Assembly (NCBI GenBank): GCA_965367815.1
Contig: CBDUKN010000010.1
Location: 1 to 64,000 of the forward strand
Origin: an uncultured Thermoprotei archaeon
GTDB taxonomy: Archaea > Thermoproteota > Thermoprotei > Thermofilales > B15-G2
Direction: 5' to 3'
Length of the DNA: 64,000 nucleotides
The notes under the pieces are model-generated. The model made no database searches, was not told the DNA's origin, and was given only the letters and a program-made list of their open reading frames with translations. Positions within the stretch are counted from its first letter, which is position 1. Every line of letters begins with the position of its first letter. A program made the translations under genes and the position numbers. Shown piece after piece: positions 10,230 to 20,060 of the stretch.

Positions 10230-11615
10230 CTACTCGGCTATTTCTTCAAGTATCTTGCCTTTAGTTTCTTCACCCAGCAGTATTACAGCGAAACCAGCTA
10301 TCCAGTGAACTAGTGCAAATACAGCAAAAGCCCACACTAATTCTTCTCCAGCAATAACCATTAAGTACCCGGTTACAGCTGGAGCCAGTATACCAGCTAT
10401 TCTACCAACACTACTTGCTGCTCCAGCTCCAGTACCTCGGACTCTTGTAGGATAGAGTTCGGGAGTGTATGCGTAGAGAATAGACCAAGCACCCAAATTA
10501 AAGAAGGATATAACAATACTACAGAGCAGAATCGAGTTTATGTCATGTGCAGTACTCATTACCAAGCACGCTAAACCAGCTATAATCAAGTAAGTCGATA
10601 AAAGAGGTTTACGGCCAATTTTATCAAGTAAAAGTACTGCGCTATAGTAGCCTGGAATTTGCGCCAACGTAACTATGAGAGTCCATTCAAGAGTTTTTAT
10701 TATCTTGAAGCCGAGTTTGCTGTAGTATATCGATGGAAGCCATAGAAAAATTCCATAGTAAGTATATATGAGCGAAGACCAGAGAATCCACAGTAAAAGA
10801 GTCCTATGCCAGTATTTTACGCTGAATAGTTCTTGAAGAGCCTTAATAAAAGTCAATTTAACATACTTTATTTCAATATATTTTAAATTGTTTACAGGAA
10901 GACCTAAGTTTTTTAAAACTTTTTTAAGCTCGGGAATATTTTTCTTTTCAAGCAAATATCTTATAGACTCTGGAAGGTGCTTCACAATAAAGGGGAGCAG
11001 AGCTAGAGGCGCGAGAGCTATGCAGAAAGTAAGTCTCCAACCGTAGGCTGGAATAATAAAGTATCCTGCTAAAATATCTGCAAGAACTCCCCAAACCCAG
11101 GCTGTTTCAGTTAATCCAACAAATCTTCCTCTATATTCACTAGGAATATACTCCGCCAAATATACTCCTGGTAAAATCAGTGTACCTCCTAATCCTACTC
11201 CAGCTAAAATTCTCAGTAAAGAAAGTGTAGCAGGATCTAGCGCTAAAGCATTCATAGCAGTAAAAAGCGAAGAAATAGTGACCATAATAATTAAAGTCTT
11301 TTTTCTACCTATAACATCAGATAAATAACCTGACATTACTGCACCAATAAACATTCCCAAAAAACCTGAAGCTAAAATTATTCCAGTTACAAGCGGATCT
11401 AGTTTCCAATCGGATTTAATTACAGGTAACGCTACTGAAATAAGCATAATGTTCATTGCTGCAAGCCCATAGACAGTAAAGCATATTACTAGAAGCTTTA
11501 TGTGAAAAAGTCTAACACCTGTTTTCTCGAGATATTCTAGTAGAGCCATACTACGTAAATAGTGTACACAAACTATATTAAATCCTATTTTAACGATTTT
11601 TCTCTGACTAGACAA
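10230..11615 (-). CDS. MFS transporter (sugar/aromatic acid type)
   Basis: 12 TM, GYLSDVIGRK, LPESIRYL, YTPELYPTRVRGTG, ETKGKILEEI. Confidence 0.92.
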   Translation of the reverse strand: MSSQRKIVKIGFNIVCVHYLRSMALLEYLEKTGVRLFHIKLLVICFTVYGLAAMNIMLISVALPVIKSDWKLDPLVTGIILASGFLGMFIGAVMSGYLSDVIGRKKTLIIMVTISSLFTAMNALALDPATLSLLRILAGVGLGGTLILPGVYLAEYIPSEYRGRFVGLTETAWVWGVLADILAGYFIIPAYGWRLTFCIALAPLALLPFIVKHLPESIRYLLEKKNIPELKKVLKNLGLPVNNLKYIEIKYVKLTFIKALQELFSVKYWHRTLLLWILWSSLIYTYYGIFLWLPSIYYSKLGFKIIKTLEWTLIVTLAQIPGYYSAVLLLDKIGRKPLLSTYLIIAGLACLVMSTAHDINSILLCSIVISFFNLGAWSILYAYTPELYPTRVRGTGAGAASSVGRIAGILAPAVTGYLMVIAGEELVWAFAVFALVHWIAGFAVILLGEETKGKILEEIAE

Positions 11616-11943
11616 TAGTTAAGAACTATTAGTAGAGTTTTCTCCACAGCTTCACTTGAACGATTTCTTCTTTAAATGATTTACTTAAAGTAGTTTTAGA
11701 GCAGTTTAAAATTAAGCTGCTTTAGTGAAGAATTTAGGTAAGTCCTTAACATCTACTTTGCTTTCAACACTTTTTGTACTAAATAAAGGAGCTATAGGCA
11801 AGTATATTAGGAGAGTAAATAAAGTTAAGAGCATTATGTATGCTGTTTTCTATCAAAAGCCGCGAAACAATATTTCTCGTGCATTTAAATACCTGTTAAA
11901 TTTAACGAATAGCTAAAATACTTCTAGTTAGAAAATAGAACTT

Positions 11944-12159
11944 GTGAAGTCTGTTAAGGAGTATGTAGAAAAGGCTCGTGAAATTAGGCGTAAGCGTGCT
12001 GACTGGAATTTTATTAATAGTCAACCAGAACCCATTAAAAGCGCCCTAATATACTATATTGAGACAGGAGACTTCAGAACAGCTTCTAAACTAGCTGGGC
12101 TACAAGTAAACGATTTCTTGGACTTAGCCTATAGGGCTAAAATACCAACAGTTACTTGA
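11944..12159 (+). CDS. Small UPF0175-like putative antitoxin/HTH protein (no adjacent toxin)
   Basis: GDFRTASKLAGLQVNDFLDLAYRAKIP pattern typical of this small archaeal family. Confidence 0.55.
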   Translation: MKSVKEYVEKAREIRRKRADWNFINSQPEPIKSALIYYIETGDFRTASKLAGLQVNDFLDLAYRAKIPTVT

Positions 12160-12161
12160 TA

Positions 12162-12752
12162 CTATTTAGCTAAAAGAGACAGTATTTTCTCACATATCTG
12201 CGATGGAATAGTATTTCTGTTACTTAAATTAAGAACGTACAGCTCTACATCACTTCTCCTCTTAATAGATCTCGCGAAAGGATCTCTATCAGCTTTAATA
12301 TGGATAGTAGCTACTACTGGTTTCCCGGAGTCAAATGCCATGAGAACAGCGTCTTTAAATTTTCTCAAATAAAGCTCCATAGGCCCTATTTCGTCAATAC
12401 ATATTACGTCAGCTTTCTCGACAGCCTTGAGTATAGCCTGAACACCTACATTATTCAAGTCATTTAAGTTAACAGTATATTTGCCTACGCGAGGACCAGA
12501 CTTAAACTCTACGTGAGCTAACCATCCCTCACGGTTTTCGAGAAGATCTCTTATCTTGAATCCAACTCTTCTGCCTCTTTCTCTTACTTCGAATGTAACC
12601 ATGCCTCCTACAACATAGCCTCTTTTACTAAGCATATCAGCTATCTTGTAGATAGCTGTAGTTTTACCGATACCTGGTCTACCTGTAATAAGGAAACACT
12701 TCTTGTTCACACCAAAGAATACGCGGCAGAAATATAATAGCTTACAGTTCAC
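12162..12752 (-). CDS. Nucleoside triphosphatase (THEP1/NTPase_1)
   Basis: ITGRPGIGKTT, RVGF, RVGKY, IDEIGPMEL. Confidence 0.92.
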   Translation of the reverse strand: MNCKLLYFCRVFFGVNKKCFLITGRPGIGKTTAIYKIADMLSKRGYVVGGMVTFEVRERGRRVGFKIRDLLENREGWLAHVEFKSGPRVGKYTVNLNDLNNVGVQAILKAVEKADVICIDEIGPMELYLRKFKDAVLMAFDSGKPVVATIHIKADRDPFARSIKRRSDVELYVLNLSNRNTIPSQICEKILSLLAK

Positions 12753-12787
12753 TCCACAACACTTTTGAAGAAAGTTTCAAGAATATA

Positions 12788-13111
12788 GTGATGAATGGAG
12801 TAAACATAGTAGTATTTGTTACTACTTCTAGTGAAAAAGAGGCTTCCGAAATAGCTCGTTATCTTGTAGAAAAGGGTCTAGCTGCATGTGTTAACATAAT
12901 AAAAGATATATCCTCAGTCTATGTTTGGAAAGGAAAAGTAGAGGAGAGCAGAGAGTGTCTTCTAGTAATAAAGTCTAGAATAGACTACTTCGAGGAACTA
13001 ATTAACGCTATAAAAGAAAAGCACAGCTACGAGGTTCCCGAAATAATAGCTTTACCCATTATAGCAGGAAATAAAGAATATATCGACTGGCTGAATAGCT
13101 CATTATGTTAA
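12788..13111 (+). CDS. cutA: Divalent-cation tolerance protein CutA
   Basis: LAACVN, SVYVWKG, HSYEVPEIIALPI...YIDWL. Confidence 0.95.
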   Translation: MMNGVNIVVFVTTSSEKEASEIARYLVEKGLAACVNIIKDISSVYVWKGKVEESRECLLVIKSRIDYFEELINAIKEKHSYEVPEIIALPIIAGNKEYIDWLNSSLC

Positions 13112-13143
13112 CACTTAACTATTTTAGTTCTTTTTATAGTTAT

Positions 13144-13638
13144 TTAAAACATTCTAATTACAGTATTCCATGATATTATTTTCTTAGGTCTAGGTAAATC
13201 TTTATGATTTATTTCCAAGAGTTCTTTATCTTCAGTTAACAGTATAGCGTGATAGTAGGTTGCTGTAGCGTAAATTACTCTATCAAAGTAGTCTTTAATC
13301 TCCGCTTTCAGTAAGAGATCGTCAGCTATTTTCTCTATAGTAGAGTTAGTTAAAATTGTTTGATTTATATTACTATTTAGGAGAGCCTTAAGACCTTCTC
13401 TAAATGCTTCTAAAAGTATTATTTTCTTTGAAGGATTTTTCTTGCATAATTTAAGTATAATCCACTTAGCTTCAATTACCGATACAGGGTTATATAAAAC
13501 TGTATAGTTTTTGAGTAGTAATGGAAATAGTTTATCGTAGTCTTTAAGCTTTATTTTTATTCCGAAGAGTGGAAGAAGATACATAGTGTCTAGAACCAGC
13601 TTATCCATAAATTTCTTCCTCTTTCTGAATTTCTTCAC
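13144..13638 (-). CDS. vapC: PIN-domain toxin VapC
   Basis: LVLDTMYL...IEA...DYFDRVIYATA...LLTEDKEL. Confidence 0.85.
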   Translation of the reverse strand: MKKFRKRKKFMDKLVLDTMYLLPLFGIKIKLKDYDKLFPLLLKNYTVLYNPVSVIEAKWIILKLCKKNPSKKIILLEAFREGLKALLNSNINQTILTNSTIEKIADDLLLKAEIKDYFDRVIYATATYYHAILLTEDKELLEINHKDLPRPKKIISWNTVIRMF

Positions 13639-13864
13639 TTAATTTTTCTGCTTCTTCGGGACTTAGTTCAATAACATGTTTTTTAATAACTTCTTCTATT
13701 GTTGGAATAGGCTCTATTATGAGTCTTCCTTTCTCAACTATTGCTTTGACTTTGCCGCCTTCTTTAATACCTACCTTTCTTCTAACTTCTTTGCTCGTAT
13801 AAATTTCCCCCTTCTTTCCGACTTTCAATATTACTTCGGACTGCAAAGTATTCACCGAGAGCAC
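13601..13864 (-). CDS. vapB: AbrB/MazE-type antitoxin
   Basis: KVGKKGEIYTSKEVRRKVGIKEG...LIIEP; directly upstream of vapC. Confidence 0.85.
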   Translation of the reverse strand: MLSVNTLQSEVILKVGKKGEIYTSKEVRRKVGIKEGGKVKAIVEKGRLIIEPIPTIEEVIKKHVIELSPEEAEKLSEEIQKEEEIYG

Positions 13865-14022
13865 TAGTTGTCTCGGAGATATAAATATTCTGAAGCTATC
13901 AAAGTGTTAATGCTGTTTTGTTTTAAGTTTGACTAAATATTTGAAAGTAAGTAATTTCCATATATTTCTTGTAAATATAAAATTTATGTTGTGTATCTAT
14001 GAGTAGTATTTGCTAGGCTTTA

Positions 14023-15207
14023 TTACTTATTATTTTTGATAATAGAGTATTTTAATGTTTTGTTTCGAGCATAATAGCTTACCCAAGTTTTTCTGCAGAA
14101 ACATGTCCACGTATCATAGGGCTCTGTGTCTGCTTTAATGCCTTGGCCTAGTACGTAGAAGGATGTAGAAGACTCTATTTTTGTTTCATCTATAGCTAAG
14201 TATTCTTCTTTGCCTGGAGTACACATAAGTATAATGTTTATGGGTTTTCCCTCAAGTTTTTCTACTATTCGTATTGGAACTAGTGTTTTTTCTTTAAAGG
14301 GCTTTACTTTATCTACTTTAATAGTGTACTCTTTATCAGTTTTCTTTACTATACTTACTTCGCCTACTGCTACGGAAGAACATGTGCCGTCTTTGTAGCA
14401 TAGAGTTAGGCTAGCGTAAGGTTCTTTAGAGTCGGGGCCTGCTGAACCGTTTATTAAGACATCTATGTTTTGTAGATTATTGTAGAGAACTTTATGCGTG
14501 TGTCCTGTAAGTGTACAGACTATATTAGTGTTTTTAAACACCATTACCGCGTGAGGATACCACTGGTCGAGTGGGTGGTGAGCCACAATTATTTTTGCTG
14601 AAGGATCTTCAGTTAGTCTTCTTTTAAGCCACAGTAAGTCGTTTAGTGATAGAAAATAGTGGCTTGTACCTGGTATTACTTCTTCTTCGCTGAAAGTATC
14701 GAAGGCTATTATCTTGAAGGCTCCTGCCTTAAAGCACCATAGTCTTTCGCACCACTCGTAATAGTACTGGCAGCCCGGGTCCACATCGTGGTTTCCTTTA
14801 ACCCAGAGCATATTAGGGAGCTTATCTTTCATATAGTTCCAGGCACAGCTAAACCAGTTTTCCTGGACTGAAGGTGATCTATATTCGCCAGAGCCGTTTA
14901 CGATATCTCCTATAAGTATTGAGAGAGAAGGATTACATTTAGACAAGATATCTACTATTTTAGCTGGATTAGGTGGAACAGAGTCTGTGAAATGAGGATC
15001 TGCAAACCATCCTAACATTATTGGGTGTAATTGAACGAAAGATGCTGTTAGCTTTGATAAAGAGTCGATAAACATTTTTCCTTTGCTGTAGTCTCCGTGA
15101 ATACACCAAAGCGATGAATCTACATATACTCTAGCTTTTTCTTCAACTGCAATAAGGTCTTCTATTATTCTATATTCGCCTGTAGGTACCTTAAATAATC
15201 CTCTCAC
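14023..15207 (-). CDS. Calcineurin-like metallophosphoesterase (CpdA/Icc-like motifs)
   Basis: FADPH, IGDIVN, KGNHD, AHHP, TGHTH. Confidence 0.85.
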   Translation of the reverse strand: MRGLFKVPTGEYRIIEDLIAVEEKARVYVDSSLWCIHGDYSKGKMFIDSLSKLTASFVQLHPIMLGWFADPHFTDSVPPNPAKIVDILSKCNPSLSILIGDIVNGSGEYRSPSVQENWFSCAWNYMKDKLPNMLWVKGNHDVDPGCQYYYEWCERLWCFKAGAFKIIAFDTFSEEEVIPGTSHYFLSLNDLLWLKRRLTEDPSAKIIVAHHPLDQWYPHAVMVFKNTNIVCTLTGHTHKVLYNNLQNIDVLINGSAGPDSKEPYASLTLCYKDGTCSSVAVGEVSIVKKTDKEYTIKVDKVKPFKEKTLVPIRIVEKLEGKPINIILMCTPGKEEYLAIDETKIESSTSFYVLGQGIKADTEPYDTWTCFCRKTWVSYYARNKTLKYSIIKNNK

Positions 15208-15394
15208 AGAGTGCTTAGCTAGCTATTATTTATATAACTTCGGATAGAGCACGTTATACATCTTTGTGTAAACTGAACTAGATAGTGTTCGAAGAAGAGC
15301 ATACTATTTTCTGCTTTCAGAACTTTGCGAGAAGCGGCGTAGATATCTCTTAAAGCATATGGTGTCTTTAGTAGAGCTAGTTTCGTGGAAGAAA

Positions 15395-16225
15395 CTAGAT
15401 CCGTGGAGAATATTTTCTGACAAGAGGTATAGGCTTAATTTGTTTTGCTTTCTGCGAAATCTTATATAGTGCCTTGGCGTATATTCTGCCGAACTCTGTT
15501 AAACATACTTGTTTTTCTCTGCCTGCGTGAAGCTTGTATACTAGTCCTTTTCTAACTAAGTCGTCTATCATGCGGCTGTATCTATTTTTCACGACATTGT
15601 CTCGCGGATTTTCTCCACACCACTCTATAAGGTCTTTGATGGCGTTCGCTTTTCCTCCTTTCTCGTAGAGAGTAATTAGTATTTTCTCGGCGAGCCACTT
15701 CTCGTTTTCGTCGAGAAGCTCTAATCTTTCTTCAGGAAGCATTAGCTGCAGTGGCTCTAAGCCGCGTTTATTGTCTTTTTCCTCAACCCATTCTTCGAAC
15801 TTAGGTGTACCGGGCTCAGGTATGAATTCTCCTCGCTCTATTGTAGGCACTACGTATAGGTATACTTTAGGGTGCATGAGCGCGATAGTAGTGACGCAGG
15901 CAACCATTTCTGGAGGCATCGATGTTATATCTATATATACTTCTCTGCCTTCACTTACTTCGCTGTGTACTAGCGGATATAGCTTAGAGAAAACGTTTTC
16001 GAAGCTGACGGGATTTACTTTCACTGGCTGTGGTCTGAAAAACGAAAGTATTTTGTACAGTTTTTTAGCATTTCTGCGTGATACTGCGCCATATCTGTCT
16101 TTCTTCATGTCGTAAAGAATGTATACTTTCTCTATCGGTTTTAAGCGTCTCAAGTACTCAAAGCCATCTAAGGCCAGTGTGGGATTGAAACAGACGTATA
16201 GCACTACTACGACCATGGGGAGCAC
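15395..16225 (-). CDS. CARF-like (Csa3/DUF6293-type) Rossmann domain plus C-terminal wHTH regulator
   Basis: N-terminal beta-alpha unit, IEKVYIL, VYIDITSMP (cf. CARF xNxTGG loop), then wHTH ending DLVRKGLV...VCLTEFGRIY. Confidence 0.7.
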   Translation of the reverse strand: MLPMVVVVLYVCFNPTLALDGFEYLRRLKPIEKVYILYDMKKDRYGAVSRRNAKKLYKILSFFRPQPVKVNPVSFENVFSKLYPLVHSEVSEGREVYIDITSMPPEMVACVTTIALMHPKVYLYVVPTIERGEFIPEPGTPKFEEWVEEKDNKRGLEPLQLMLPEERLELLDENEKWLAEKILITLYEKGGKANAIKDLIEWCGENPRDNVVKNRYSRMIDDLVRKGLVYKLHAGREKQVCLTEFGRIYAKALYKISQKAKQIKPIPLVRKYSPRI

Positions 16226-16285
16226 TCAGTTAAAGATATATTCTTACGGTAACATTCTCGCATTATACTAATATATATTTTTCTG

Positions 16286-16376
16286 ACAGTAACTAAAGTC
16301 TCCATAACAGTAACTATTTTGTGTGACTATCACCTTGGGTTCCTACATGGGATAGTATCAGAAAAATGTGACTATC
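16286..16376. promoter_or_regulatory. Four GT(A/G)ACTA-core repeats in the divergent promoter region
   Basis: ACAGTAACTA at 16286 and 16307; TGTGACTATC at 16322 and 16367. Confidence 0.5.
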
Positions 16377-16470
16377 TATGGTGGAGCTGTTTCTATCACA
16401 GGTATGCGACGGCATCACTTTTTTATGATTTTCATTAGAATTATATTATACTTTCAGTATACTCTCTCTC

Positions 16471-17487
16471 GTGAGGCTTCAAGGGGCTTTCAGAGAAGAT
16501 GTAGTGAAAACTGATATCAACATGGTTTTAGATAAACTCAGGCTAGTTTACTTGAGGCGTAAAGCTAAAGCCTTAATCAATGAAGAGGAAGTATACCCTG
16601 TCCTTAAAGTTAAAAACAGGAGGATTACTGGTCTTCCTATTAGGCCTAGCAGGCTTAAAGTACTTGAAGTTATTCCTCACTCGAAGAGAGTTCTTTCAGT
16701 TGATGCTGGACTGAAAATTCTCTTTGACTGCGGTACTTTCAAAATTATTTTAGCTAAAGTAGCCGCCGGAATGTGGGTTGGTAGAGAAAAAGTGCTGGAG
16801 CCAGAGCCTATTAAGAGAATAACTCTTGTATGGGATAAGTTTGAGGCAGCTGAGTGGCTTCTCCGCGTAGAAATAGAGGCTTTGCTGAGCATAGTTCACT
16901 TGCTTAAAGCGGGAGACTACTGTATACTCGATAGATGCTTAATGGCTGTACCTGCGTTCCGTAAAAGCACTAAAGAGTTTTTCGAAAAACTAGACGACAC
17001 TCTGAGCAGTAGAGGAGCTATACTCGTAGGAGTATCTAAAGCCAGCCAGCTGAAGCTAAATACTGGAGAAAGCCTCATAGGGTATCTTCTACACCTCGCC
17101 GACAGGAGGCTTAGAGGAGTACCTTGGTACTACTACCCTATTTTCAGGGAGTCAGAGCTCCCTCCATGGTACTTAGGTAGCATATGTGTAGCTAAGCTTG
17201 ATCCAGACGTAGAGCATGCTTTCAGAATAGATATTTCTAGAAAAGCTCTAGCTTCAAGAGACATAGGAGATATTCTCGGCGAACTAGCGTATCTGCAGGA
17301 TCCTGCTACACCCGGCTATCCTTACCCAGCTAAAGGAGTGCACGATATGACGAAAATCGGTGAAGAAGAGCTAGAAATGGAGAGAATGCGTTTTCTCGAG
17401 CTCCTCGACGAGGAAGGTTTACTGAAGAACTTTATTGCCGATGTCCGTAGCGTGACTTTCAAGGAGCGCTACTTGTGGAGGAGGTAG
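16471..17487 (+). CDS. nurA: NurA-family 5'-3' nuclease
   Basis: LSVDAG, ILDRCL, VGVSKAS, GYPYPAKGVHDMTKI; upstream of herA. Confidence 0.85.
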   Translation: MRLQGAFREDVVKTDINMVLDKLRLVYLRRKAKALINEEEVYPVLKVKNRRITGLPIRPSRLKVLEVIPHSKRVLSVDAGLKILFDCGTFKIILAKVAAGMWVGREKVLEPEPIKRITLVWDKFEAAEWLLRVEIEALLSIVHLLKAGDYCILDRCLMAVPAFRKSTKEFFEKLDDTLSSRGAILVGVSKASQLKLNTGESLIGYLLHLADRRLRGVPWYYYPIFRESELPPWYLGSICVAKLDPDVEHAFRIDISRKALASRDIGDILGELAYLQDPATPGYPYPAKGVHDMTKIGEEELEMERMRFLELLDEEGLLKNFIADVRSVTFKERYLWRR

Positions 17488-17489
17488 CT

Positions 17490-19148
17490 ATGAAAGTAGG
17501 TGTTGTAGTCTGGGCTGAAGGCACTACAGTAAAGTTCAGGATAAAAGAAAAGGCTCTAGTAGAGAGAGGACAGTTGCTAAAAGTAGACACTAAGTACGCT
17601 AAATTCATTTTAAGAGTCTACGACTTTAAGCCCGAGAGCCTGCTTACTCAAGCCGAAATAGCTAGGCTCAGCAAGAAGAAAGAGGATGGCGAAAACATCG
17701 AGATATACGACAAGGGCTTAAGGCTCTATGATACAGCGCTAGCAACTATTATTTGCCAAATAGACTCTGAGGGACACGTCCACGGACCCACGACAGTTCC
17801 CCCTCTTTTTAGTGAAGTAGAAACTCTTAATAAACACGACTTAGAGCAGCTCCGCTTAGATACAGGAGACCTTCCGATAGGGTACATTAGAGTAGGCCAT
17901 AAGACGTCAGAAGCTATCGTCGCGTTAGACGGAGCGAAAACTATACCTCACCATATACTAGTCTGCGGAGTCACTGGCGCAGGTAAAAGCAATCTAGGTA
18001 AAGTTCTAGCTTACTCAATTATGAGAACTAAAGGAAAATATAGCCTCGTGCTCTTCGACTGTGAAAGCGAGTACTTTCAGGGTGCTAGTCCAGCTCAGCT
18101 AGGACTTGTCCACGCGCCTGAAGCAGAAGACTACTTGCTCTACGTAACTCCCCGCGTACAGGAGCCGTGTAAACTGAAAGTAACCATAATGTATAAGGGA
18201 GCTGAAATTGAGCGCAGAGTAGAAGCTTATCCCCTAGCAATAGGCTATGATCAGCTTAAGCCAGATGACTTTACTCTAACAGGAGAGTTTACTCACCCAC
18301 AGGAAGAACTGCTCTGGCTAATATACAGGCTCAGGAAAAGAGACTGGCTTAGCTTCCTCCTAGAAGCGCCTCCAGACATGATTTACCGCTTTGTAAAGAA
18401 GCTTGCCGCTAAAAACACTATAAATACTCTTAAAAGAAAGCTAAAACACTTGCTAGGCTCGGGAGATATATTTGTAGAAGATGCTCCGCCATTCAATACT
18501 CTTGACGCCATAATAGGGGCTGCTATGAGAGGCTGCGTTGTGCTAATCGATATACCTTATGCTACTGAAGGCGAAGAAAAGCTTTTGGCGACAGCAACAG
18601 CTAGAAGAATATTCGATACATATGAGAAGCTGAGAAAACATGCTCCCGAAGACTGGGAGAAACTCCCCTACGTACTTATAGCAGTAGAGGAAGCTCACAG
18701 ATACTTGTCTAAAACAAGTCTTACTTCAACAGGCGAGCTTAGAGAAAACATTTTCTCAATAATAAGTAAGAGAGGAAGAAAATACAAAGTAGGCGCGCTC
18801 TACATAACGCAGATGCCCGGAGAACTCATAGAGCCCGTGATAAGACAGAGCCTCACTAAAATAATACTCCCGCTGCCCACTAAGCCAGACTACACACGCA
18901 TAATAGAGTATTCGCCTTATTTAGATGAGGCTTCACAGGAAATAAAAACGCTGGATAAAGGAGAAGCACTACTAGTATCGCCTCCCTCTGGTATAAGGTT
19001 CGCTGTACCGATTAAGGTGTTCTCGTATGAGGAGCTAGTAGGAAAGAGGTTAAGTGAAGAAATAGCATCTAGGTATACTCCTGCGCGGAAAATAAGGCGA
19101 TTTAAACCTCTCAAGAAAATAAACGAGGAGGCAGTAGTCTTAAGCTAA
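17490..19148 (+). CDS. herA: HerA-family ATPase/helicase
   Basis: N-terminal HAS barrel, HILVCGVTGAGKSN, AVEEAHRY, KRGRKY, ITQMP; ATG 17490 follows GGAGG. Confidence 0.92.
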   Translation: MKVGVVVWAEGTTVKFRIKEKALVERGQLLKVDTKYAKFILRVYDFKPESLLTQAEIARLSKKKEDGENIEIYDKGLRLYDTALATIICQIDSEGHVHGPTTVPPLFSEVETLNKHDLEQLRLDTGDLPIGYIRVGHKTSEAIVALDGAKTIPHHILVCGVTGAGKSNLGKVLAYSIMRTKGKYSLVLFDCESEYFQGASPAQLGLVHAPEAEDYLLYVTPRVQEPCKLKVTIMYKGAEIERRVEAYPLAIGYDQLKPDDFTLTGEFTHPQEELLWLIYRLRKRDWLSFLLEAPPDMIYRFVKKLAAKNTINTLKRKLKHLLGSGDIFVEDAPPFNTLDAIIGAAMRGCVVLIDIPYATEGEEKLLATATARRIFDTYEKLRKHAPEDWEKLPYVLIAVEEAHRYLSKTSLTSTGELRENIFSIISKRGRKYKVGALYITQMPGELIEPVIRQSLTKIILPLPTKPDYTRIIEYSPYLDEASQEIKTLDKGEALLVSPPSGIRFAVPIKVFSYEELVGKRLSEEIASRYTPARKIRRFKPLKKINEEAVVLS

Positions 19149-19247
19149 TACCTCAAACTTCTTGAGAACTACAAACCCGGCTTTTGGAAATAGGCTGTAG
19201 AACATTTCGTAAGCCTCATTAATGTCTATTTGTAGTTACTAATAGGT

Positions 19248-20060
19248 TTGAGTATTAAGAGGGAACTTAAGTTAAAGGAGTGGAAGGAGGCTATAAAAGA
19301 ATTTGACAGAATAGTTAGCTTAATTGAAGATATATTAAGAAAGCGTGTAGACCCCTTTACGGTCGATATCTCTGAGCTTTTAGAGAAAATGCGTTTGCTT
19401 TTAGAAAAGTACGGCGATGAAGTTCTCCTAGTGGATATTGAGGCTTTATGCAAAATAGTTGACTTGATTAAGGAGCAGGAAGAATGGCTTCAAAATGAGT
19501 CTCTTGTTTTAAGTCTCGGTCCATTCTTTGCTTTAGCGAGAATAAAGCAGATGAGTGTTGAGGAAATAGCAGAGAAATTCTGCGCGTCCTGGACTCCTAT
19601 TGCTTATAGAGACCAAGCATCTATTTCTACCTTAATGAAGGCTTTAAATTACTTAGATGCACTCAAGAAATTTCCTAAAACAGTAGATTTCTCGCTTAGC
19701 AGTGAATACGAGCTCGATAGAAGTTCCTTGAATTTAGAGTTTTTAAGCGACGAAGACTTTAGAGAGAAGCTTGAGACTTTAGAGAAAAAGATTAAAGAAG
19801 TTCTTGAAGAGAAAGAAGAAGTTGACTACTGGGATTTAGTTATCGACAGGAGTTTTGAGCGGTCTTTAGAGAACATGATTATTTTATCTCATTTATGTAG
19901 CAGAGGAGTTGTTTCAATTAAAATAAATCCTCTTTCAGGAGAAATAAAAATAATGAAGCCTCGCAGAAAAAGTGAAAATTATTCTGTGGCACTTGTATTT
20001 AATTACGAGACGTGGGTGAAGAAAATTGCCGAGAAAAAGAAAACTAGAGAAAAAAGTTAA
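19248..20060 (+). CDS. Kleisin (ScpA-like) SMC partner
   Basis: N-terminal RVDPFTVDISELL (cf. ScpA IDPWDIDI); C-terminal wHD DYWDLV...ILSHLCSRGVVSI...PLSGEIKI (cf. LLFL...G.I...PFGEIYI). Confidence 0.7.
   Translation: MSIKRELKLKEWKEAIKEFDRIVSLIEDILRKRVDPFTVDISELLEKMRLLLEKYGDEVLLVDIEALCKIVDLIKEQEEWLQNESLVLSLGPFFALARIKQMSVEEIAEKFCASWTPIAYRDQASISTLMKALNYLDALKKFPKTVDFSLSSEYELDRSSLNLEFLSDEDFREKLETLEKKIKEVLEEKEEVDYWDLVIDRSFERSLENMIILSHLCSRGVVSIKINPLSGEIKIMKPRRKSENYSVALVFNYETWVKKIAEKKKTREKS

Noticed and set aside
14023-15207. Metallophosphoesterase near nurA-herA as Mre11
   Set aside because: N-terminal extension and HHP/GHTH motifs are CpdA-like; it lacks Mre11 DxHLG/GDLF context and there is no adjacent rad50.
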